In this document: positions 17,157-24,849 of the stretch, piece by piece | How positions within the stretch are numbered: position 1 is the stretch's first letter | How the letters are laid out: the number at the start of each line of letters is the position of its first letter | NCBI RefSeq assembly: GCF_000018105.1 | Contig: NC_009925.1 | Location: forward strand, 5,910,001 to 5,942,000 | From: Acaryochloris marina MBIC11017 | GTDB lineage: Bacteria > Cyanobacteriota > Cyanobacteriia > Thermosynechococcales > Thermosynechococcaceae | DNA length: 32,000 nucleotides | Direction of reading: 5' to 3' | Notes under the pieces: model-generated | The model's database searches: none | Told to the model about the DNA's origin: nothing | Seen by the model: the letters and a program-made list of their open reading frames with translations, nothing else | Position numbers and translations under genes: made by a program

Positions 17157-17864
17157 CTATGCTGCTAATCCAAAGATTTGATTGATGAAATAGATCTGTC
17201 CTATCACATCATCCTTTCCCACATTTTTGATTTGAACTTTACAGATCATGTTCATCGATTCAAATCCCTTCAAAGTTCTTCTAGCGGAATTGCATGATCC
17301 AAAACCCATGCCGGGGTTGACAAGCTTTTTTATCCCTATACGATCTTGCTCCACTCTATTGTTGAGGTATTTGACCTGCCGTACTTTTTCCTTCTCAGGG
17401 ATACGTTCATCTGCCTGTAACTGCTCCACAGCAGGAGGATAGGCCGGATGTCTTCCACATTGAATACTTGAGATTCATACCCATGAATCTCAAGTATTCA
17501 ATGCTTTGGTCAGGAAGCGCTTCGCAGCCTTGGTATCCCGCTTTGCTGTGAGTAGAAAGTCGAGGGTGTAGCTCTCAGAGTCAACTGCTCGATAAAGGTA
17601 GCGCCACTGTTAGTGGATTTTGACGTAAGTTTCGTCAACTCTCGAGGAGGCATGGGTAGGCTTGAGATGACGACAGCGCTTGTCCAGCTCAGAGGAATAT
17701 TTGAAAACCCACCGATGAATTGTGATGTGATCTACCTTGAATCCTCGCCCCATCATCTCTTCTAAATTCCTATAGCTGAGAGTATAACGGCAATACCAAC
17801 GGACATTGAGCAGGATGATCTCAAATTGGTAATGACGCCATTTGAACAGATCAGTAGTTTTCAT
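17157..17864 (-). pseudogene. IS6-family transposase pseudogene
   Basis: The N-terminal piece MKTTDLFKWRHYQFEIILLNVRWYCRYTLSYRNLEEMM..VDHITIHRWV..DETYVKI resembles IS26-type transposase. My translation then reads H*QWRYLYRAVDSESYTLDFLLTAKRDTKAAKRFLTKALNT*, with in-frame stops. The C-terminal piece is ..VRQVKYLNNRVEQD..GMGFGSCNSARRTLKGFESMNMI. Terminal repeats could not be defined. Confidence 0.75.
17458..17503. repeat. perfect 21-bp-arm palindrome inside the IS6 pseudogene
   Basis: CATTGAATACTTGAGATTCAT (17458-17478), a 4-nt spacer ACCC, then the exact reverse complement ATGAATCTCAAGTATTCAATG (17483-17503). Confidence 0.9.
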
Positions 17865-18419
17865 TGATGGGAGAGAAAAGGGACAGAGCCTCTCAATTTA
17901 CCACTGACTTTCGGCTAATATCCTTCTTGCGACATTACCAAAGAATGTACCACTCCATGCGATAGCAGCTGAGTTGTGGGTGGGCCAACAGCAAATTGCA
18001 ATTGTGGGGTCTGTTCATGCCTTAGGATGGACCAACTCTGACGTAATATAGTATTTCTCGCGATATCCTCATCCGCTTTTCTGAGTATCTAGATAGAAAG
18101 GTGCTACATCAGCATGACTTGCGAGTAGAAGCCGATCGTATCTCAATGCCCCATTCGCCCTTGCCTATTGTGTCCATAGAGGAGAGGCACCACAGAAACT
18201 GGAATTCAACATGTGGCATTAGCTGAAGTAAGCATGCTACGGAGTTTGAGGATAATTTTTTTTAGGCCTATTTCCTTAAACGAATGAAATTTCTCATGAA
18301 TAACTCACAATAGGTCTGATTTATCATCTCGTTACCCCCTCGCCAGTCTGCCCCTCGGGGGCCTGCTCCAGCAGTGCGCTTCGCGCGGCTACCAACAACA
18401 GCGCCGATAAAGGTACCAC

Positions 18420-19040
18420 ACAGCGGCTTTCTTGCAACCCCTTCGGTACTCCTGCTCTCCGCTCCGCTAGGTAGTGAGTCTGCGATCGCAAACCAGTATC
18501 AGGCTCCGCTGCGTTTAGTCCGTGTCCTCGCAAGCGGTTGGGGGCTGATATGGTTGTGCACTGCACTTTTTCCTTGGGGAGCACCCCATACCCCCGACCC
18601 AACCAGGGTGGCAACGCCGGGCAACATGTGGTTTCCAAAGAGCGTTGTTGCTGGTTATTCGCCATGCTTCTTCAGTTGTTTCTATTCGTTTTTATAGGGG
18701 TTACCATGCTGACTTTGCTTCGTTCTCCCACGCCTTCCGTCCAGTTGCCTTCAGCCATGCCTTCTGGGGCTTGGTCTTGCTGCTTCTTGCGGTTGTCCGG
18801 GTCGGGCTGGGTCGAGTTAGCGGGGGTTCCTGTGGCCTCTGTCGATCCGGCGGTGGCTAAGCTCCAGGCCATGGGGGCGTCTCGGGTCTCTGTGGTGTCT
18901 TCTGGTGCCCAGTTGTGCGTCATTCGGTTTCAGGCTCAGCGGTCGGTGTTGCTGGAGTTATCCAATGCATTTCCCAGTGCTTGCCGGGTGGCTTAGTTCG
19001 GTTTGGGTCGGGACCTTTGGGCCTCGGCCCTTTTTTTATT
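18420..19040 (+). other. A-depleted, G+T-rich, GC-rich tract without credible CDS (candidate ncRNA or foreign remnant)
   Basis: My hand count gives about 1 A in 9 nt over 18421-19040 and about 1 in 12 over 18661-19040. Several 60-nt lines hold only 2-6 A. All frames on both strands are open, as expected from A/T-poor strands lacking stop codons. No motif was recognised in any frame. Confidence 0.55.
19018..19037 (+). terminator. possible intrinsic terminator
   Basis: Short GC stem GGGC-CTCG-GCCC followed by TTTTTTT (19031-19037), at the end of the A-depleted tract. The stem is short. Confidence 0.4.
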
Positions 19041-19215
19041 GGCTGGTATCCAAAGAGTAACGAACACAAGAAATGTAGAGCGCATCATCTTGAAGACAGG
19101 ATGCTTTCAGCCAGCTTATCTCCTCTCAGGCCAATCTTCTTCCAAGCCAACAGCAGCAATATCTTTGAAGCCAATGCAGTCTAGAACACGATAGACAACC
19201 TACGTTGCCGGGAGG

Positions 19216-19527
19216 TTGGCATCCCTCAGTTACAATCAAGCTAGATTCCAAAGCATGATCTTGCGAGTTATAAGTATTGCACTGCCCCCCAAACTCGACC
19301 ATCTCCCCGAAACCCTGCCAGAAGGGGCAGTTTGCATTGAGTTAGAAGAAGGCATTCCGGTATTCCGAGCCTCTAGTTCGGTTCAAGCTCATATTGAGTC
19401 ATTACTCACAAAACAACAAACCACAACTTTAAGCGCAGCGGAAGAACAAGAACTCGATAGATATGAAGAGATTGATGATTATCTGAGCTTTGTGAATCGA
19501 ACACTCCGCAATCTATCGCTCACCTAG
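19216..19527 (+). CDS. hypothetical protein
   Basis: 103-aa ORF with a TTG start; an internal ATG lies at 19255. The acidic C-terminal half is SAAEEQELDRYEEIDDYLSF. No family recognised. Confidence 0.45.
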   Translation: MASLSYNQARFQSMILRVISIALPPKLDHLPETLPEGAVCIELEEGIPVFRASSSVQAHIESLLTKQQTTTLSAAEEQELDRYEEIDDYLSFVNRTLRNLSLT

Positions 19528-19610
19528 ACATAGCAAATTACCTAACTTCAAACGATTCCGTGCCGTTCTTGCTGTGAAATCGGGTAGTAAAGGTTTTGCT
19601 TCTTAATCGC

Positions 19611-20549
19611 TCAATCTTTAGGTCTTTCCACAAGTTGCAGCCAGGCTATTAAATCACTGATATCGTCAAATTCAAGTAGCGCTTCCCCTAAAGCTTCTAT
19701 CTGGTCAGTGTCTAGCGCTTGAATATCAGTCTCTACTTCAGCCGGAATTGTTCCAACCTTACGGTGAAGTAGACGGAGTACCAACTGGACTTGTCCTTCC
19801 AGCCTGCCTCGTATCAGGCCCCTCTCTTCCCAACTCGTTACTGTTTGCATAATGGCGTCCCGTTCTGCTGTTTCCAATCTATCAACTTCTGCTTGAAAGC
19901 GTTGTTCCTCATCCGCTGCCAACTTCAGGTAGGTATCAATAAATTGCGAGAGAAACATCGTTCTTGCTGGATCAAGCTGCAGTGTAGCTAGCATCCGTAG
20001 GCATTCCAGTTTCACCTGGGGCCGATCTTCCACCGCAATTTGCATCTTGGTCATTAATGCGGCAGCAACGGGATTTTGTTGCCTTAAGTAATCTCGCCAG
20101 TTTAGTCGATTCAGCTGAATCGCTTGGAAATTAAACTGTAAAACTTGAAAATCGGGAAATCCCATTTGATAAGAATTTTCTGCAGCTTGTCGAGGATTGT
20201 CATAGGAAAAGATGACGACAGGATAAATGGGCAAGTCATATTTCTCATGCAATCGCCCGAAATAGAAAAACATCCGTTTCTCAAAGTCTTTTTGCGGGGA
20301 AGATTGCGGCTCAATGTGGAAGAGAAAATAGCTCTCCTGCTCTCGAAACTTAACGCGAGCCAGCAAATCAATGATTCGCTTTTCCTCAGCTCCAATGCTG
20401 CTGTAGACCTCTTGGGACAAAAAGGTAACAGAGGTAGGGTCCACATAGTCCACAACCTGAGGTAAAAATAATTCCAGAAATTCCCAAAAGAAGGTTTCAA
20501 TCAGTTCTTTGAATAAACCGTCATGATCAATGGACCCTTGTGATGCCAA
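19611..20549 (-). CDS. Rpn-family PD-(D/E)XK recombination-promoting nuclease / putative transposase with DUF4351-like C-terminus
   Basis: N-terminus HDGLFKELIETFFWEFLELFLP. The nuclease core has IIDLLARVKF ... FLFHIEPQS (D...ExQ). The C-terminal helical repeat WEERGLIRGRLEGQVQLVLRLLHRKVG...ALGEALLEF is typical of cyanobacterial DUF4351 proteins. Confidence 0.8.
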   Translation of the reverse strand: MASQGSIDHDGLFKELIETFFWEFLELFLPQVVDYVDPTSVTFLSQEVYSSIGAEEKRIIDLLARVKFREQESYFLFHIEPQSSPQKDFEKRMFFYFGRLHEKYDLPIYPVVIFSYDNPRQAAENSYQMGFPDFQVLQFNFQAIQLNRLNWRDYLRQQNPVAAALMTKMQIAVEDRPQVKLECLRMLATLQLDPARTMFLSQFIDTYLKLAADEEQRFQAEVDRLETAERDAIMQTVTSWEERGLIRGRLEGQVQLVLRLLHRKVGTIPAEVETDIQALDTDQIEALGEALLEFDDISDLIAWLQLVERPKD

Positions 20550-20779
20550 TCCTCTATACCTCCTACTTCCCTGGAATGACGGTGTTTTGCTTGATCTACA
20601 GTTGCTGAGTTCGTCGGTAGTTTCCGTGCTGCCGCACCGAGAAGAGGCACCGACCCAGCGGAGCCAAACCGATCTTGCTTATCCAAGACATACCGCCGCT
20701 GTTCCCGTGCCGTCGGTAGGATACCATTCTTTCTTCAACAGTCCCGCCCGTGGCGCTTAATTTACGATTGGCTATCGCT

Positions 20780-20892
20780 TCAAAATGCACCCCAATAGAC
20801 TGCAGGTGTGGCGGCGGCGAAGCGAGGTGAGGGCAAGGGGGGCAACTGAGATAACACCGCCGCAAAGATTCCAGGGTGGGGGTGCATTTTGA
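20780..20892. repeat. long hairpin: 14-bp perfect stem enclosing ~85 nt with an inner GC stem
   Basis: TTCAAAATGCACCCC at 20779-20793 pairs with GGGGTGCATTTTGA at 20879-20892, giving 14 contiguous base pairs (20780-20793 with 20879-20892). An inner GCGGCGG/CCGCCGC pairing is also possible. Confidence 0.7.
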
Positions 20893-21185
20893 TTGTCAAG
20901 CCGGGGGCGATTGCCAAACAGGGGCCATTGGTGGTTTGCCCTTTTGTTTTAGGGTGCGTCCGGCCCATCACCTTCATCGTTCCACAGTAAAAGATATGAC
21001 CAAGAGCCTCCCGCACTTTTGGGTTGTTGGGCATTGTATGACCTGCCCCAGTTTGCGGCTTGACAACCGCTCATAGCCGAGAAGGGGCAGCAGCTCCGCT
21101 CGGCTCAGGCAAGGGAGTCTATTGCGGTTTTGCACCGATATCAATGTAGTATTCATGCATCTCTGTTACGGAGCGCATACATGCT

Positions 21186-21389
21186 TTAGGAATTGCGTTC
21201 TAATAGCTTTTCTGAGATCGCCTCTCTGACAAATTCCTGCCAGTTGGGAATGGCCTCAACCTCTGCCTTCATGCTTTTGGTAATACGTAGTTGCAGCTTA
21301 GCCAAAAGGGGTTCGGGGCGGTCGGTGGTGAACTGATGTTCAACTAATCCTGGGTTTCCTCCGGGTCGTGCCATATTTTCGCCTCTCAA
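21186..21389 (-). CDS. small DNA-binding protein, ribbon-helix-helix-like (tentative)
   Basis: 67-aa ORF; the likely start is the internal Met (MARPGGNPG). The segment KLQLRITKSMKAEVEAIPNWQEFVREAISEKL has the strand-helix-helix pattern of CopG/Arc-type proteins. Confidence 0.45.
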   Translation of the reverse strand: MRGENMARPGGNPGLVEHQFTTDRPEPLLAKLQLRITKSMKAEVEAIPNWQEFVREAISEKLLERNS

Positions 21390-21544
21390 AACCGCTTCAA
21401 AATAGCATGTCTACATTCTATACATCCATAAGTAATTTAAATGGGGGCTGGTGTGCTCAAAAACATCTTTTTAGTATGTATCCAATCTAAAATATAGATA
21501 TAAATCAAAGCCCCTGCTGCATCTTTGGACGGACTCAGCAGGGG

Positions 21545-21907
21545 ATGACTCCAATACGAAAAGGAATCAACGCTATGTTACCAACCATTACGGATACAGC
21601 GCTTAACGCCCTAGCTCAAGCAGCCAGTCAGATTCAATCTGCACTGCTAGATTACGCAGGCGAGCAGTACGAGATTCAAGATCTCAACGAGGTTCTAGCC
21701 TATTGGTTATAGCGTTCCATCGAATCCCTCTGTGAAGATGCCTGTGAATTCTGCGTCACGGGCGATCGTACCCATAGCAGTTTCAACCGGGATGTCTTTG
21801 AAGCGCAGTTAAAACAACGTCCTTCCATCAATATCTGGGAGCAAGCGGCGGCAATGGCTCAGGAGGCCAAAGATCAAACAGCTTTAGCTGTCGAACGCGC
21901 TGCCTAA
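21545..21907 (+). pseudogene. 120-codon reading frame interrupted by one in-frame TAG
   Basis: ATG 21545 opens 55 sense codons (MTPIRKGINAMLPTITDTALNALAQAASQIQSALLDYAGEQYEIQDLNEVLAYWL). TAG follows at 21710-21712. Then come 64 more sense codons in the same frame (RSIESLCEDACEFCVTGDRTHSSFNRDVFEAQLKQRPSINIWEQAAAMAQEAKDQTALAVERAA) ending at TAA 21905-21907. Confidence 0.45.
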
Positions 21908-21962
21908 ATCTGCTCTGGGGAGCCTTCTCCCCTTGCCCCCAGAATGTTGAGGAATTTGAAAT

Positions 21963-22313
21963 ATGAAACTATCAGCCTATCCTGCTGCAATCGCTTCCTT
22001 GCAGCACCAAATTCTAGAACTTGATCAGCAGATCATCACCTTGAGCGAAAGTGTGGCGCTGTTTGCCTCGTTGATTGATAAAGCGATCGCTTTTGATACC
22101 ACCCTTAAAAACGAGGCCCAGCGCAAAGCCGTCAAGCTGGAGCGTCAGCAGAATGACCCTGATTACTACCAGGCCGCCACAGCCCTAAAGGAAGCCAAGC
22201 AGAAACGAGAACAGCTAGCGATAGAACTCGGTCTACTCCGCAATCAGTTCAGCATCGCCAAGCTGGAAATGCGATCCACTATTGCCCATCTGGAAGCCCA
22301 AACGGCTGCCTAA
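21963..22313 (+). CDS. coiled-coil hypothetical protein
   Basis: 116-aa ORF, heptad-rich and helical (QHQILELDQQIITLSE..., KEAKQKREQLAIELGLLRNQ). It is co-oriented and closely spaced with the flanking genes. Confidence 0.6.
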   Translation: MKLSAYPAAIASLQHQILELDQQIITLSESVALFASLIDKAIAFDTTLKNEAQRKAVKLERQQNDPDYYQAATALKEAKQKREQLAIELGLLRNQFSIAKLEMRSTIAHLEAQTAA

Positions 22314-22343
22314 CACCACATTCAACCAATTGGGAAAATCAAA

Positions 22344-22646
22344 ATGCAATTAATCACTGATGAAATCAGGCGACAGCTGCCGCCGTTGTATACAACTGAA
22401 AACACGTCAGATCCCGTTGCCTGGGTCAAGTATTTTACTCCCGATTCATCTTGGACCTGGTATGCGGCTGAGTTCGATGGCCAAGATACCTTCTTCGGTT
22501 TGGTCCAGGGACTGGAGGAAGAGCTGGGCTACTTCAGCTTGGCAGAATTGCAGCAGGCACGGGGACCATCGGGTTTACCCATCGAGCGAGATCTGCATTT
22601 TCAGCCTACTCCTTTGTCCCAACTCCGACAGCGGATCCGTACCTAA
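22344..22646 (+). CDS. DUF2958-family protein
   Basis: LPPLYTTENTSDPVAWVKYFTPDSSWTWYAAEFDGQDTFFGLVQGLEEELGYFSLAELQQARGPSGLPIERDLHFQPTPLSQL matches the conserved DUF2958 pattern seen on plasmids and conjugative elements. The overlapping ORF 22360-22689 was rejected. Confidence 0.8.
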   Translation: MQLITDEIRRQLPPLYTTENTSDPVAWVKYFTPDSSWTWYAAEFDGQDTFFGLVQGLEEELGYFSLAELQQARGPSGLPIERDLHFQPTPLSQLRQRIRT

Positions 22647-22747
22647 CGCAACTGCACTGCCTGAGGCAGCAAGGGCTGCCTCAGGTTAGAAGATTTTTTG
22701 TATCCATAGAATAGTACATAAGAACTATAAGAGTACTTTCTGAAATC

Positions 22748-23659
22748 ATGTCGTTTGCTCTGTCTACGCGATCGCTTCCCCAGATTACCCGGCCAGCATT
22801 CCGGTATTTTGGCGGTAAATGGTTACTCGGTCCCTGGATTTGGTCTTACTTCCCGGATCATGACTGTTATGTCGAGCCCTTTGGCGGAGCCTTTAGTGTG
22901 GGACTGCAAAAACCACCCGCTGCCAATGACATCTACAACGACCTTCATCAAGCAGGCGTTAACTTCTTTCAAGTCCTCCAACAGCAGCCTGATTCCCTCC
23001 TAGAGGCCATTGCCCAATCCCCTCGCACAGCTGCAGAATTCCAGTGCTGTCTGCAACCTTGTGATCAGCCCTTGGAATGGGCTAGACGATATTATCTCTA
23101 TTGTCAGCTGGCCTATATCGGAGGCGGTGGTCGCTGGAGCCATGGCCTGAGTTCCTCCAGACTGCAAGCGTCGAGTTCTTGGGATGTGGGTCACCTGACT
23201 GCGATCGCTGACCGAATCCAAACCGTCCAATTCCTCAATCTAGATGCTTTCAATTGCATACAGATCTATGACTCCCCTAGTACTTTGTTCTACTGCGACC
23301 CACCCTATCCCCATAGTGCAAGGGGCAGTAAAGATAAACGGCACCAGAATCCAGTAACACCCCGACGTCAGTACCGGCATGAGATGACCGACGAGGATCA
23401 TCGCCAACTTGCGGAAATATTGCATGGCATTCAGGGACGTGCGATCATCAGCGGTTATGCCTGTCTACTCTACGAGGAGCTTTACTCCGACTGGAAACGA
23501 GTTGAACAAAAGGCATTTACAACTTCTGGCGTGAAGCGGGTAGAGTGCTTATGGTTATCCCCCGAGCCTCCTCAGATCGTTCAGGTTAAGCTATCCCCAA
23601 AACCGTTCTCCCTGACTCAGAAGATAAGCGCGATACCCGAAGCCTATACTAGAAAATGA
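22748..23659 (+). CDS. Dam-type (D12 class) N6-adenine DNA methyltransferase, orphan
   Basis: N-terminal FRYFGGKWLL and the SAM motif VEPFGGAFSV, plus the catalytic DPPY (FYCDPPYPHS). No restriction endonuclease gene is adjacent. Confidence 0.85.
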   Translation: MSFALSTRSLPQITRPAFRYFGGKWLLGPWIWSYFPDHDCYVEPFGGAFSVGLQKPPAANDIYNDLHQAGVNFFQVLQQQPDSLLEAIAQSPRTAAEFQCCLQPCDQPLEWARRYYLYCQLAYIGGGGRWSHGLSSSRLQASSSWDVGHLTAIADRIQTVQFLNLDAFNCIQIYDSPSTLFYCDPPYPHSARGSKDKRHQNPVTPRRQYRHEMTDEDHRQLAEILHGIQGRAIISGYACLLYEELYSDWKRVEQKAFTTSGVKRVECLWLSPEPPQIVQVKLSPKPFSLTQKISAIPEAYTRK

Positions 23660-23841
23660 GGCTGATATCGCAAATGAGCAGGCTGAGTATGATCGTCTCA
23701 TTGTGGCAGCAGCAGCCCAATAAGTGAGTCAGAGCCATCTCTTCCTCGATAAGGACTTTCAATGCTAAGCCCTAGCCCTAGCACTATGGAATGCGGTTGT
23801 AGAGGTAAAGACTAGGATTCTAAACCAACGGAGGATTCCCG

Positions 23842-24093
23842 ATGACCCAAGTCACCCTTAATATCCCTGATGATCTTGTGGTTAATCAGGCAGACAATGG
23901 TGAAAGCTTTGCCCATCGTTTACAACTGGCAGCTGCCATTTATTGGTATGCCCGTGGTGAGATCTCCCAAGGCAAAGCCGCGCAACTAGCTGGAATGAAC
24001 CGTAAAGAATTTCTCAAGAGATTGGCCCATGAAAATATGGATGTGTTTCAGGTTGATTTTGACGATTTGGCTCAGGAGCTAGCCCGTGGCTGA
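23842..24093 (+). CDS. UPF0175-family antitoxin-like protein
   Basis: AAAIYWYARGEISQGKAAQLAGMNRKEFLKRLAHENMDVF is the typical UPF0175 HTH. It overlaps the next gene by 8 bp. Confidence 0.8.
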   Translation: MTQVTLNIPDDLVVNQADNGESFAHRLQLAAAIYWYARGEISQGKAAQLAGMNRKEFLKRLAHENMDVFQVDFDDLAQELARG

Positions 24094-24583
24094 GTTATCG
24101 ACACCGCCACCTGTCATAGATACCTCGCCTCTAATTTTCTTGACCACCGCTAATTATCTTCATCTCTTGCAAACGCTTTACCCTAAAGTGCTTGTACCCC
24201 AGATGGTTGCCACAGAGATTGAGCAATACGGTGAAGCAGACCCAACCTTCCAGGCTGTACAGGCTGTGGATTGGCTAATTGAAACTGAAATATCTAGCAT
24301 TTCTAAAGCCGTGCAAGACTTTAACCTCGACCCCGGTGAATCTGCCGTTCTTACTTGGGCCAAACAGCATCCAGGAACCGAAGCCATTTTGGATGACTTG
24401 GCCGGTCGGCGCTGTGCCAAGAGACTGGGAATTCCTGTCCGGGGCACTTTGGGCTTAGTGCTGGCAGCAAAACAGCGGGGGCATCTTCCTGCAGCTCGTC
24501 CCGTGATTGCAGACCTCAAACAAGCCGGAATGTATTTGAGCGATCGGGTCATCGATCAAGCATTAGCTTTAGTGGGAGAGTGA
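24086..24583 (+). CDS. DUF3368 (PIN-like) toxin-like protein
   Basis: GESAVLTWAKQHPGTEAILDDLAGRRCAKRLGIPVRGTLGLVLAAKQRGHLPAARPVIADLKQAGMYLSDRV matches the DUF3368 pattern that normally pairs with UPF0175. Confidence 0.8.
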   Translation: MAELSTPPPVIDTSPLIFLTTANYLHLLQTLYPKVLVPQMVATEIEQYGEADPTFQAVQAVDWLIETEISSISKAVQDFNLDPGESAVLTWAKQHPGTEAILDDLAGRRCAKRLGIPVRGTLGLVLAAKQRGHLPAARPVIADLKQAGMYLSDRVIDQALALVGE

Positions 24584-24738
24584 AAGCGATAGCACTAACG
24601 TTCTCGTGCAGATATGAATGATACTTGCTCTAAAGCAGTAGAGTGAGGGATCTGAAACATGAATCCGTGATTATTGGGGTAAAATTGGGGTAATCATTTC
24701 GTTAAAACGCTAAAATCCCTATAGAATAAGGATTTTCT

Positions 24739-24785
24739 CCAGATTCCGGTTCTGAGGGTCGGGGGTTCGAATCCCTCCATGCTCG
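24739..24785 (+). other. tRNA-Arg(CCG)-like 3' fragment (anticodon arm to discriminator); not a complete tRNA
   Basis: The anticodon stem CCAGA/TCTGA has 4 of 5 pairs. The loop TTCCGGT has U33, anticodon CCG and G37. A 5-nt variable loop GGGTC follows, then T-arm GGGGG-TTCGAAT-CCCTC, 3' acceptor strand CATGCTC and discriminator G. The upstream sequence offers no matching 5' acceptor strand or D-arm. Confidence 0.6.
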
Positions 24786-24817
24786 CTTCAAAAAAAGCTC
24801 AAAATATACATCCTTTT

Positions 24818-24849
24818 AGGGATTCCTAGGTTTCAGGAGTCCCTTTTTT
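24818..24849 (+). terminator. intrinsic terminator
   Basis: Stem GGGATTCCT (24819-24827) / AGGAGTCCC (24835-24843) with one G-U pair, a 7-nt loop, then TTTTTT (24844-24849). It lies about 35 nt downstream of the tRNA-like 3' end. Confidence 0.7.

Noticed and set aside
17090-17950. Terminal inverted repeats of the IS6-family remnant (GTTGCAAATAATGC near 17107 against the reverse complement of about 17915-17940).
   Set aside because: Only about half of the aligned positions match, so the ends cannot be defined by eye.
18324-18996. ORFs 18324-18665(-), 18374-18697(+), 18538-18996(+), 18645-18860(+) and 18672-18923(-) as real genes.
   Set aside because: They overlap mutually on both strands and have odd compositions. 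Their length is explained by the A-poor/T-poor strands lacking stop codons. The 18706-18996 sub-frame, with an upstream GGGG, remains a weak possibility.
19038-19215. Minus-strand frame ..VLDCIGFKDIAAVGLEEDWPERR* as a transposase C-terminal remnant.
   Set aside because: It is too short and I cannot assign a family from memory.
20950-21034. Possible tyrosine-integrase C-terminal remnant (KVREALGH...TMKVMGRTH resembling the ..ELLGH....T..Y.H box).
   Set aside because: The similarity rests on a handful of residues. There is no upstream HxLRH-type box and no room for a full integrase. It is too weak to call.
21714-21731. An 11-nt identity (TCGAATCCCTC) between the tRNA T-arm region and the sequence just after the in-frame TAG, as a possible second att copy.
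   Set aside because: The match is short and does not extend on either side. It lies inside a protein-like reading frame. Most likely coincidence, though a genome-wide search of the 47-mer would settle it.
24706-24785. A complete tRNA gene.
   Set aside because: Only the anticodon arm, variable loop, T-arm and 3' acceptor strand can be folded. The upstream sequence gives no 5' acceptor strand complementary to CATGCTC. The only D-arm-like stem is misplaced by 4 nt and lacks the conserved GG. No tmRNA-like features were seen.
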